From Cyanophora paradoxa CCMP329 (Eukaryota; Plantae; Glaucophyta): DNA of 64,000 nucleotides. Positions 40,968 to 50,590 of the stretch are shown here, in pieces (positions within the stretch are counted from its first letter, which is position 1; the number at the start of each line of letters is the position of its first letter). The DNA lies in assembly GCA_004431415.1 (NCBI GenBank), contig QPMI01000174.1, positions 62,001 through 126,000 of the forward strand, read 5' to 3'. The position numbers and the translations under genes were made by a program. The notes under the pieces are model-generated. The model did no database searches, was not told where the DNA came from, and worked only from the letters and a program-made list of their open reading frames with translations.

Positions 40968-42262
40968 AGTTTTTCAGTTCCATTAATTGTAAGTTTCTTT
41001 AATTCTCTTGTTACTTTGTTTTTTTTCTTTAATCTGGATTGTAAAAGCGGTTCTTCTGGGGCATCATCCGCTTTTTCGATGCCTTCTTTACGAATCGCTG
41101 AATCTACCCGCGCTTCTTCTTTTGCTTGTTCAAGTACATCTACTGTTGGCGCTTCGTTGTATTCAACACCTTTAATGGGTAACAGTTCGTGAAAAGCAAA
41201 CCTTCCATCAACCATTTCGCCATTTGGATTTCGTAACCGAAACTTAAAACCTTCACGACCTTCAACAGTATAGACAATCCGCGACCAATTGACACCCTGT
41301 TTAGCGAATGGGTTCTTTTCTATTCTCACTCTCACAAACATTCCTGGTTTGATACCGTCTAAGTAAGTCATCGACTTCTTAAACTTCTCATCTTCTAAAC
41401 CTATGATTTCTCTATAATGTTCATCTGTGGTTTCCGCTGGTTTCCTCTTAGTCGCTGAATGGACAGTGTGATTATAATTATACTCAATGTCACCCAATAC
41501 ATCAAAGAATCGCGCGGTGTTGTTTGCTATACAATAGTTCGTGATAAGCCGTTTGATCTGCTTGTTAAACGCTTCTATTCTACCTTGGCTTCGATGATCT
41601 GCGACATCGCTAATCTGATGATCGATGAATTTTTTAGCGAGGTATGAGGTGAACATTGTATTTGTAAATTCGCTACCGCTATCGCTTTGAACGCGTACAA
41701 TTGGTCGCGGAACTCTTTGTTGTAGTTGCTGAAACGCTGAAAGAGCCGTTATTGCGCTTTTATCTCTCATTGGGATGATAAAACCCGTTCTAAGCGTTGA
41801 TTCCATCGCGGACATAAATGTATCGTAACCGTCGTTTTGGTTCTTATATGCCGGGAAAAAGAGAAGATCGATTACGTAGGTATCGAGAGGTTGCCTAATT
41901 GGTATCATTGGGTCTCTCTTTCTTGAAAGGGTTGGTGCGTTTATCTGAACAACTTCCTGTTTATCATACCATTCTTTCATCTTCTTGTAGTTTTCCTCAG
42001 GAAGTTCTTTTCTCATTGCACCAAAACCTTTATAACCAGTGCGCGGATCATAAAACTTCTTCGCAATCTTTGATTCTTTCGTTACAGTCTCAGTAGGTAA
42101 TGTCTTCGGGATCAGTCCTTTAACCATCTCAGACTTCTTTAAGATTCGTGTGTTCTTTTCTTCGACGGGAATGGTTATAGGTAGTGTGTAACCTTGATCA
42201 TCTTTTAAACTTTTCTTTACGATTTTTGGAGTTGCTCTTAAACCAATCTGTGCTGAGGGCAT
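40964..42262 (-). CDS. rve DDE integrase (B)
   Basis: VIDLLF, VQSDSGSEF, GRIEAFNKQIK, YNHTVHSAT. Confidence 0.92.
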   Translation of the reverse strand: MPSAQIGLRATPKIVKKSLKDDQGYTLPITIPVEEKNTRILKKSEMVKGLIPKTLPTETVTKESKIAKKFYDPRTGYKGFGAMRKELPEENYKKMKEWYDKQEVVQINAPTLSRKRDPMIPIRQPLDTYVIDLLFFPAYKNQNDGYDTFMSAMESTLRTGFIIPMRDKSAITALSAFQQLQQRVPRPIVRVQSDSGSEFTNTMFTSYLAKKFIDHQISDVADHRSQGRIEAFNKQIKRLITNYCIANNTARFFDVLGDIEYNYNHTVHSATKRKPAETTDEHYREIIGLEDEKFKKSMTYLDGIKPGMFVRVRIEKNPFAKQGVNWSRIVYTVEGREGFKFRLRNPNGEMVDGRFAFHELLPIKGVEYNEAPTVDVLEQAKEEARVDSAIRKEGIEKADDAPEEPLLQSRLKKKNKVTRELKKLTINGTEKL

Positions 42263-42289
42263 CTTTACTTTATTTTCAATATATTAATA

Positions 42290-42472
42290 ATGGACGAGCC
42301 GGTTTGGACAGAACACCCGATACCAAACTACTTTGAAATTGCACCGACAGACCCGGGGTTAAAGTGCATATGGTTGTTACATCTGATCCGAGGTATATTA
42401 TTGCTTGGGGATCGCAAAAATAAAAAGAGAAGTATTGAACAAGTATATCAGACACCAAATGGGAAACTGTGA
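42290..42472 (+). CDS. Possible 60-aa protein
   Basis: Fills the gap between integrase and PolB and has an AT-rich leader; no A homologue. Confidence 0.3.
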   Translation: MDEPVWTEHPIPNYFEIAPTDPGLKCIWLLHLIRGILLLGDRKNKKRSIEQVYQTPNGKL

Positions 42473-45400
42473 ATGCCGTCGTCAAATATTTTCCGTTTGC
42501 TATCGAGTTGGTTTAGAGCCACCCTTCTGCTCTCCAAGTCATATAAGTTGTGGTCTTGTCGTTGCTTGTTTCTTACTGTTACTGTTTTTGTGATGCCTTC
42601 AAATAGACATTTCTTAAAATCGTCAAAGTGAACTTCTTTCGAAGAAGTCCCCGACATCTTTACTTTTTCGTTGGTCTCAGTTCTGAAAGCGTAAAGTTTC
42701 GATCTCAGACCTACATACTCTACGATCTTCGCATTTGGAAACTCATTTTTATATTTACCAGGTACCATGCGATTCTCAATATTCATTAGAGGATGTGATT
42801 TATCATAGTTACTTCTATCGAGATGTTCACCTATTGCTTTCATATCTTCATTGAGATTCTTGGTTTTTAGGAACAAACAAAACGAATCGGTATCATGAAA
42901 TAGTAGTTTAGCTGAATCCCATTTCTTCCTGATCACATCATAGAAGAATTGATAATTATGTAGTTTCGCGAAATCCAAAACGAAAGCGCCAATTGCTACG
43001 GGTTTATCTAAGTTTACATGCTTCGAATACATCTCAAAGGCAACCGCATTTTCGTTTATTACATTTGTTGCCTTGATAAGCGGACTTGCTGCGTATTTCT
43101 TACACAATTTCTCGCTGTTAGCGATCTTGACAGTTGAGCGACCCCTACAAGATTCCAAACATTTCCCATAAATTGCATTGTTCATTAGTTTGAAAAAGTC
43201 ACTTTCGAAATTGTTAGTTGATTCGTGGCGTAGTAGAGTATTAAGACCAATATAAGATTTCATGAATGGTGAGGTTGCAAATGAGAGAACTTTATGTATC
43301 TTAGTAATTATTACACCTTTTTCGACGATGTAGTTAAGAAGAGGTCGAGCAATCACGTACTTATATTTAGGTGTAAAAGACGCTGTGAGTTTGGGGTCTT
43401 TGCTAATCTTTTCGCCCGTCAAATCTAATAGTTTTCGTTGATAATCTCCGAGCATATCTTTGGTAATCAATTCTTTATTCACAATGAGTGGGAAATCATA
43501 ATGATCTTCAAGGAATGTCGGGTATTCAAGATCAACTTCAATAAATGCGCTTCGCCCTTCAACCTCTTTAAGTGCCTCTGTGATCTCTTCCCATCGATAA
43601 TCTCCAATCGGTAGTGGTTGGCTAAGTGCATAACCGTAAAGATTATTCGCGTCCAACAATACTATGTGATCATCGGGTTCTTCTACCTTTGCATATCGTG
43701 TGGGCATGGTTGCAAATCCACCGCGAATGGCTTTCTCAATAAATTCGTATTTCTCTACATCATCGATAAGTTCAATCTTTACTTTTGTGTGTCTAAGCAT
43801 TGCGTCCCAGGATAAACCAGGTGCGCTAACGTAATGTGCGGGATCTAATCCATATTGAGAATATGCAAGTTTACGGAAATTCTCGAATTTAGACATAAGA
43901 TCATCGACATTCTCACTTTGGAAATCCATAAAATGTGATGCATCTATGAATTTCCACATACCCCATTGAAGGGATAGGTATTGATTAAAGTTCTTGCTTA
44001 AAATTTCCACACGTAGTTTATCGTCTTGTTGTGCGATCTTGCGGAATATCCCGTGTCCACATTCATCCATTTTATCAACCACGATAGCTACTTTGCTTTG
44101 TTTTGAGATTCGGCGGTGAAGGTTACAGTTTCGGCATGCTTTGCCGATAAAATCACCGGATTGGTGACAATGATCGCGAACCGGGAAGTTTTCGTGGGTG
44201 AATCTCTGAGAACAAATATAACAGTGTTTTGTTATCTTGTATTCCGCCTTTTGATCTTCTGTGAGTGGATGCATTGGGATATTTCTAAAAAGCGTTTCAA
44301 TTACTTCGGGTCTGATCTCTTGTAGAGTTGCAAATAAAGAACTGAGTGGATCATTTCCTTCAAAATGGTATAGTTTCATTTCTTCACCCATAATCACTCT
44401 CAGTGAGACTGCTTTAATCTCTCTTTTACTTCTCAGTGTATCTATTGCTACCGAATGATCTTCAATTTTAACATAACAGATCACAGGAAGCCAAACCGTT
44501 TTACGTAGATGTTGTAGACCGAATTCTATTGTACTTCCCGGCTTCGGACATTTGCCTTTGCTCTCCCTCCAATCGATACATCGGTTTGCTTCTGTATGTA
44601 GGTCTAATTTCTCCTGAGTTCTGAAACGTGATAGACAGGTTTCACAATAGTAAATGCGCCCATCACATGCTTTATCAAAAGTGGTTTTTAAGAGACGACT
44701 AAATGACATGATTGTTATGTAGTGTCCCCTATCATCTTCGGAGTTTTCAATGAGTAAAAGGTTAATCTTGGTCTTTCGTCTTGGGTTACTTGATCGATGA
44801 AGAGGATAAAAACACTGTTTCTCATTATCAGCACCGTAAATATTAATAGAGAGGTCCGGGTTCAATTCTTCAAAACGATCGATCACCTCAGCATCACATG
44901 CTACCGGAAACTGAATACCGTCAAAATTGAGTTCATTTAACCATCTGCGATATTGGTAAGGTTCGTTACTCTTGTGTTTGTTAATGTCCTTTCGATGAAG
45001 GTAAGCCAAAATAGCATATTTAAAACAATCTTGCCCATCGATATTTTTTACGTTTATTGTAGCTTTCTTGGATGCGATCCATTCGGGAGTTGCGAAATAA
45101 CAACCGCCAACCGGCGCATATGACATAATGACACCTCTTAGTATTTCAATGCGTTGCAAACGGTAACTATCTACTTGGATCATTTCTTCTTGCATTTTCT
45201 GTAATGCTTTACGAACTTCGGTGTTAATGTTACGGGATTTAGTGATTACAAAATAATCGCTGTGTATGAATTTCGTTATAAAGATTCGAGGATTTGCAAC
45301 TTTGGTAAATCTACAAACGAAAGTAAGACGAACCTTAACCGCTCTTAGTTGATCTAAGCGGGTTTTAATGCGTTGCGGTAGACTTGGTGCGATTCTTTCA

Positions 45401-45729
45401 AGAAAATCGATAGCATCTACAACTACTTCGTTTCGGGCGCGATAAGTTAACCATGAATACGCTTGATTCATTGCTTGTCCATCTTCAATGTCCGGGTCAA
45501 TTGCTCCTAATCTTTGTCCTTCACCCATAAATTCCTCCATTCTCTGCATGCGATCATAAAGATCATTTGCTATTTCTGTGAGTTGACCTAATCGAGGTCG
45601 TCTATCTAAGATGGTGGCTTCTCTATCGTATTCCGCTTCGGTAATCTCACCGGTTACTAAGAGAGTTCCTAACAATCCAATAATTTCATTTTTCTTTTCT
45701 TTGATGAGTCGATTAGTTTGGCGGGGCAT
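42448..45729 (-). CDS. Protein-primed family B DNA polymerase (B), intact 1093 aa
   Basis: LLDANNLYG, KLMNNAIYGK, HDTDS, LRSKLY; endonuclease VII-like insert; vOTU-like QDCF/GHY. Confidence 0.92.
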   Translation of the reverse strand: MPRQTNRLIKEKKNEIIGLLGTLLVTGEITEAEYDREATILDRRPRLGQLTEIANDLYDRMQRMEEFMGEGQRLGAIDPDIEDGQAMNQAYSWLTYRARNEVVVDAIDFLERIAPSLPQRIKTRLDQLRAVKVRLTFVCRFTKVANPRIFITKFIHSDYFVITKSRNINTEVRKALQKMQEEMIQVDSYRLQRIEILRGVIMSYAPVGGCYFATPEWIASKKATINVKNIDGQDCFKYAILAYLHRKDINKHKSNEPYQYRRWLNELNFDGIQFPVACDAEVIDRFEELNPDLSINIYGADNEKQCFYPLHRSSNPRRKTKINLLLIENSEDDRGHYITIMSFSRLLKTTFDKACDGRIYYCETCLSRFRTQEKLDLHTEANRCIDWRESKGKCPKPGSTIEFGLQHLRKTVWLPVICYVKIEDHSVAIDTLRSKREIKAVSLRVIMGEEMKLYHFEGNDPLSSLFATLQEIRPEVIETLFRNIPMHPLTEDQKAEYKITKHCYICSQRFTHENFPVRDHCHQSGDFIGKACRNCNLHRRISKQSKVAIVVDKMDECGHGIFRKIAQQDDKLRVEILSKNFNQYLSLQWGMWKFIDASHFMDFQSENVDDLMSKFENFRKLAYSQYGLDPAHYVSAPGLSWDAMLRHTKVKIELIDDVEKYEFIEKAIRGGFATMPTRYAKVEEPDDHIVLLDANNLYGYALSQPLPIGDYRWEEITEALKEVEGRSAFIEVDLEYPTFLEDHYDFPLIVNKELITKDMLGDYQRKLLDLTGEKISKDPKLTASFTPKYKYVIARPLLNYIVEKGVIITKIHKVLSFATSPFMKSYIGLNTLLRHESTNNFESDFFKLMNNAIYGKCLESCRGRSTVKIANSEKLCKKYAASPLIKATNVINENAVAFEMYSKHVNLDKPVAIGAFVLDFAKLHNYQFFYDVIRKKWDSAKLLFHDTDSFCLFLKTKNLNEDMKAIGEHLDRSNYDKSHPLMNIENRMVPGKYKNEFPNAKIVEYVGLRSKLYAFRTETNEKVKMSGTSSKEVHFDDFKKCLFEGITKTVTVRNKQRQDHNLYDLESRRVALNQLDSKRKIFDDGIHSFPFGV

Positions 45730-45867
45730 CTTTATTATAAAGGAACATTTTTATTTTGGATATTCAACGCGTTCCCAATGGGACTTTCTAAAACAAGTAC
45801 CTACTATACCATTTACAGTAAGGTTATAAAAAAGAGTACACATTTATTATAATTGTTCTTATGAAAT

Positions 45868-48273
45868 TTAATATCCGACATCATCGTCTTCTTCAAAAGC
45901 AAACCCGACTTTTTCAGACACGATTTTCACACCTTTGTAACCGCGATCGTAACCGTTTCCGTATCTCTTTCGAACAGCGTTTTTATCGTATTTGGCTCCC
46001 AGTAACTCCATAACGGTCTTAATACGATTTGCTGACATATTGAGTTTCAGGTCTTCAATCTCCTCATCAACATCTTTGCTTGATATGCGATCGGCAGCAT
46101 TGCGTGTGAATTCGAACTTACTTCTAATGAGTGAGAGTTCGTCTCCGGCGTCTTCTTTGAATTCGGCAATATCTTCGGCTACTTTTCCAGAGAGAACCAA
46201 CTTCTTAGGTTTGAAAGCTTCGAAAACCATCCACTGAAAAGCATGAATGATATTAGGACGTTTGAGTAAATCGCTCTTGATATTCTCGGAAGCCAAGCGG
46301 AAACTTGATGAATTCATTTCATCCACTGTTTCCTGATCCACGAACTTGTGAGGATGTTTGAACAACACAGCAGTTTGGAGAGTATCAGTAGGAGAGATTG
46401 GGGGCATATCATTCATGATCATCCAGAGGCGACTTTGAAGTCGGATGTTTTTTTCATTACCATACAAGACACGCATACATTGCATATCGCCACCGGATTC
46501 TTTCTTTTTGATATCAGAGCCATTCACTTTGATATTTGGGTTTGAAACGTCGAACTTCATCTCTTGTGTGAATGTCAAACGGCGAAATTCACAAGGTTCC
46601 ATCCATTTCAGTCTCGATGTATCATTATTATCTGTTTTTCCTGTCATCAGGAATACATCACCACTGATGGTATGAACGTAGCCACTTCCCCATGTATTCT
46701 CATTCAGATTCACATAAACTCCCTTACCACAATTGCGCTCACCAATTGAAAGACCCCATTGTTTGTCTTCGTATTGTCCCGCCATTGCGCGCGCTGTGAA
46801 TGCGAGGGCAGTTTCAACCGATTCAGCACCGAAGATTGGTTCGAGGATTTCATCGTAGAGAATCTTAATATCAGCATCGGAAGGTTTGAGAACGAAACCA
46901 TTTTCATCAACCGGAAGGTCACGCTCAATTCGAGTCATTGAGAAAATGTTCTTAGATTCATTCCACGGGGTTAGTTTTTTTGTGAAGAAATCATAGACAC
47001 CATTTCGATAGCATATTTTCCCAAGTGTGGAGGGCCACAGAATCTCATCGTAGAATGTGCGGTTTTCGGGAAAGAATGCTTTGGCTATTTTGATGATACG
47101 AGTAGCACCACTATCGTTGGACGAATATGGTTTCAAGTTACCTTTATCATCTTCCTTATACATTTCGCACATCATGCACAGCCTCACCAAGATATTATGA
47201 ACTTGTGTAGCATCATCCGTCCATAGAAAATCTTCTGATTGAGCGAAAAGACGACCTTTTGACTGAATCACACGCTTTTCAACTTTTTTCACAAATTTGA
47301 GTGCAGCTTCACGATCGTCACGAACCACTTCAAACTGAGTGAGCATCTCGTTTTCATCAGGTTTCGGGACAACGAAACCCTGATCCATCGGCTTAACCAA
47401 CAGTTCAATGGAATAACCGGTCATGTCATTGATGTATTTCGAAGCGTCACCGAGAATTTCGTTGATTTTCTCTTCGGAAAATTTCGGGTCTTTCTCAATA
47501 ATACAGCCATCGAAAACGAGAACTCCGACAGTGAGACCAAGTGTTGTTAGATATTCGCAAAGAGTTATGAGACACTGATTCTCAATATTGCAGAGAACCA
47601 TATTCATCACAGAGCCGAGAACGTTAAACTCTTTCTTGCGCTTGCAGATCAGAAGAAACTTCTTATTTTCCTCTATGCTTGCAATTTGAGCGTGAATACC
47701 AGTGATTTCGTTCTTGACCGCTAAGAACTTGGGGTGTGTCATTAGAACTTGATTCTCAACAGAACCACCGCCACCATTAATCAAAGAGAGAAACGCTTGT
47801 TTGATATCTTCACAAGAGAGACCGCTCTTCTCCGTAATATCGGCAATGATAGAATCGCGATTTTGGACGTAATCATTCACACCTTCACAAGAGATATCAT
47901 TTTTTTTACAATATTGGAGGAGAATCGTTGGGTGCGCATTCTTCATATCAATATCGATATATTTTTCGCGAGCAATCGTGTGACGGAATTCACGGGGCAT
48001 CTCTTGCATCGACACCTGTTTCTTTTTGATTTGTTTGATGTTAGAGTAGTAACGCCCGGTGTTGTGCTTGCACTGATTGTACTTAACTTCAACACGTCCA
48101 TTGCGATCGATATTAGTAATATACCGATTGAGCATTGAAAGAGTATTTGAAGCATCAACGTGTGGGCGATACTTCAAATCATCGAAGTTATCGATAAGAT
48201 GACGGACAACGTAACGGTCGGCTTTCTCATAAAGAGTCACTTGGAGTCCGTTGGTTTGCTGAGACTTGAACAT
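45868..48273 (-). CDS. TVpol fused to a D5-like SF3 helicase (B)
   Basis: DIDMKNAHP, LVFDGC; Walker A GERNCGKG, FTQEM, MIMND; D5_N-like YRNGVYDF. Confidence 0.82.
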   Translation of the reverse strand: MFKSQQTNGLQVTLYEKADRYVVRHLIDNFDDLKYRPHVDASNTLSMLNRYITNIDRNGRVEVKYNQCKHNTGRYYSNIKQIKKKQVSMQEMPREFRHTIAREKYIDIDMKNAHPTILLQYCKKNDISCEGVNDYVQNRDSIIADITEKSGLSCEDIKQAFLSLINGGGGSVENQVLMTHPKFLAVKNEITGIHAQIASIEENKKFLLICKRKKEFNVLGSVMNMVLCNIENQCLITLCEYLTTLGLTVGVLVFDGCIIEKDPKFSEEKINEILGDASKYINDMTGYSIELLVKPMDQGFVVPKPDENEMLTQFEVVRDDREAALKFVKKVEKRVIQSKGRLFAQSEDFLWTDDATQVHNILVRLCMMCEMYKEDDKGNLKPYSSNDSGATRIIKIAKAFFPENRTFYDEILWPSTLGKICYRNGVYDFFTKKLTPWNESKNIFSMTRIERDLPVDENGFVLKPSDADIKILYDEILEPIFGAESVETALAFTARAMAGQYEDKQWGLSIGERNCGKGVYVNLNENTWGSGYVHTISGDVFLMTGKTDNNDTSRLKWMEPCEFRRLTFTQEMKFDVSNPNIKVNGSDIKKKESGGDMQCMRVLYGNEKNIRLQSRLWMIMNDMPPISPTDTLQTAVLFKHPHKFVDQETVDEMNSSSFRLASENIKSDLLKRPNIIHAFQWMVFEAFKPKKLVLSGKVAEDIAEFKEDAGDELSLIRSKFEFTRNAADRISSKDVDEEIEDLKLNMSANRIKTVMELLGAKYDKNAVRKRYGNGYDRGYKGVKIVSEKVGFAFEEDDDVGY

Positions 48274-48462
48274 TGTCTTTTACTAAGGTTGGAGAAAAAA
48301 ATTTTATCCTTGTCATTTTTTGGCGGCTAACCTTTAAGTGCTTGAAATCTCCTCAATTACCAAAAAACGGTAATCGGGAGAAGGTAAGGGATCTATCGGA
48401 AGCTATCGATAGACCGCACGAAAAATGATTAATTGGGTTCAGCGGTCAAATGGGATTTTCCC

Positions 48463-48699
48463 TTAATACTTTCGAGGACGTCCCCGCATCTTGTTTTCGA
48501 TTCCTTCGCGTTCCTTGCGACGGTAATATGAAGCGAGCGATTGCGATTTCTTATACTCCCGGTAGACGGGGTCTTCGTTGTAGAGCGTCCGTTTCCTCAG
48601 CGCGTCTTTCATTTTATAATTGACGTGTGCTACATCTTCTTCTTCACCGAATTCGATTACACTAACCATATCGTCGCTTATGTTAATAACAGTCGTCAT
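48463..48699 (-). CDS. Small basic protein ending in AT-hook-like RGRPRKY
   Basis: Homologues in A at 13442-13671 and 8744-8935. Confidence 0.72.
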   Translation of the reverse strand: MTTVINISDDMVSVIEFGEEEDVAHVNYKMKDALRKRTLYNEDPVYREYKKSQSLASYYRRKEREGIENKMRGRPRKY

Positions 48700-48912
48700 G
48701 TTCCCCTTTATATGTAGTTGAGAAAATCTTTTACCAGATGGTATTATGTGTTGTGTCTTTAAGTATTTTTTGGGGCGTCATTTTTTGGTGACCGGACGAT
48801 CTCTTGTCTACGTTCTTCAATTGCAGATTTAACAGCGTAAATCTGTCTTTTTGCTAAGATGATATTATAGACTTCTTCAAGCATTTTCCGATACTATAAA
48901 TGAAGAAATAAA

Positions 48913-49191
48913 TTATTGCCTGTTCAACGTTGGTGAATGCGAAAACGATTTACGCCTAAACTCTCTACTATCAGATCTTCGAAATCGAGGAAGTGGTGGG
49001 GTATCGGGTGCGGGATCCGGTTCCGGGGTTGTTGGTCGAGAATTTACCGAACCGGTGGAATTTCTTCGACTACTTATACTTCCTTCCCCATCGGTAATCT
49101 CTACTTCAACGGTTGTATCACAACATCCACTGTGACAATTACTTACCACATGCAAATTAAACATTTCGATCATCTTTCGTATAATGTCCAT
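48913..49191 (-). CDS. Conserved hypothetical protein (CCDTT motif)
   Basis: Homologue of 12991-13416. Confidence 0.7.
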   Translation of the reverse strand: MDIIRKMIEMFNLHVVSNCHSGCCDTTVEVEITDGEGSISSRRNSTGSVNSRPTTPEPDPAPDTPPLPRFRRSDSREFRRKSFSHSPTLNRQ

Positions 49192-49214
49192 GTCTCTATA
49201 AAGAGATAGATAAT

Positions 49215-49946
49215 TTATAGCCAAACTCTCCGCTTGTATACTGTTGGTGCTACGGCTTTCTCTACTTCGGCTTTGGTTGCGCCAGGTTCAATGGTTCCCT
49301 TTTGTGTCTTTGTCTTCATTTCATCTACCGCTTGCTCATCTATTTGTGTCTCTTTCTTACCAATAAATTGTTTATCGGGAACACCAGTAATTCCCATTCG
49401 GAAAACTTCTTTACGCAGCATTTCCTTAATTTTAGCGCGTTCTTTCTTCTCTGTTACATACTGTTCAAGCGCGCTTGACTTTGCTTCAAGGTCTTTTAGT
49501 TTAGCGGTCATCTCGTCCCATTGAGCCTTCGGGATTCGGTGGATGTTTTGAGTAGGTGCAACCTTGTAAGTAACTTCACCCGCCATCGATTGAATAACCT
49601 TGTCCGATTCTTTTGAAACACCTTGACCTTTGCGGGCAAGTGCAAGATCTTGTAGACCAAGTTCACGATCATCAGCAGCGCCGATAATCCGACGCGCACC
49701 TTCACCGACCGCCTTCATCTTCGAGACTTCCGGGGAAATGTTTAACTGATCACTTTGTGATGTTTGAGGCGCTTTATCCGCCGGCGATTCTTCATAAGCG
49801 GCATTTAAAGGGTCTTCTTCTTGTTGAGTTGCTTTTACTTGATTGACTCCGTCAAATTTCATTGGTGTAGTATTGAGAGATCCATAACTATCACCGCCTG
49901 AATATGAAATAGCACCAGCGGGAACTCCTCTACGTTTCGGCGGCAT
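49215..49946 (-). CDS. Conserved Lys/Glu-rich protein (B), likely start MPPKRR
   Basis: Homologue of 13697-14314. Confidence 0.78.
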   Translation of the reverse strand: MPPKRRGVPAGAISYSGGDSYGSLNTTPMKFDGVNQVKATQQEEDPLNAAYEESPADKAPQTSQSDQLNISPEVSKMKAVGEGARRIIGAADDRELGLQDLALARKGQGVSKESDKVIQSMAGEVTYKVAPTQNIHRIPKAQWDEMTAKLKDLEAKSSALEQYVTEKKERAKIKEMLRKEVFRMGITGVPDKQFIGKKETQIDEQAVDEMKTKTQKGTIEPGATKAEVEKAVAPTVYKRRVWL

Positions 49947-50590
49947 TGTATCTTTAATAATAATGAAGGATTCCTGTACCCCAAGAAATTGGACAAAGGG
50001 CGCCCCGCTGCCGAGCCTCGCGGGCTGGGCGACCAGCACGACCACAGGAGAAGGACGGTTAGGGTGAGAGCAACTGCTGGACAGAGTTTGGGCCCGGCGA
50101 TCATGGTGCACAGTTAGCTCCCCATCCCGCCGTTCCTCCATCACGATAGCTTCCGGGGCTCCATGAGGGTCCCTCCCGTCCCCTTCCCTCACGTCCTGAC
50201 TGCCCGCCGGGCTTCCCGTCCGAATCCCTTCCCGTCCTACCTGCGAGAGCCCCAGAGCTCCTCGCTTCCCGACGAACCTGCCTCCCGTCCTATCTCATCC
50301 TGTCCTGCTTGCCTCGAACGCTTTAAATGCCGCACACTAGAACCCGCGTTCGAGTACAGTCTGCCTTGCGCTCCCTGCGCCCGCCGACTGCCCAACATGC
50401 CCATTCGTTTCCTTAACCAACGCGTATGTCTATCGTCAACCACAGCACTCGAATTGCTCATGAGTCCAGTCCGCGCACTCTTGCGCCACGCGTTGACCCG
50501 GCGTACTGTTGGCCGCCATTGCCCCGAGCGCAGACTGCCGCGGAGCCCTGTCGACTCGGTCGTCCTTTCGCAGTGGACTTCAGCGCTAGT

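Noticed and set aside
49947-50192. N-terminal extension of ORF 49215-50192
   Set aside because: It reads antisense through the retrotransposon 5' end; the A homologue starts at MPPK.
49969-50300. HDV-like or hammerhead ribozyme in the LINE UTRs
   Set aside because: A TCCTCGCT loop-like word occurs near 50260, but I could not build the flanking helices. An Infernal search would be needed.
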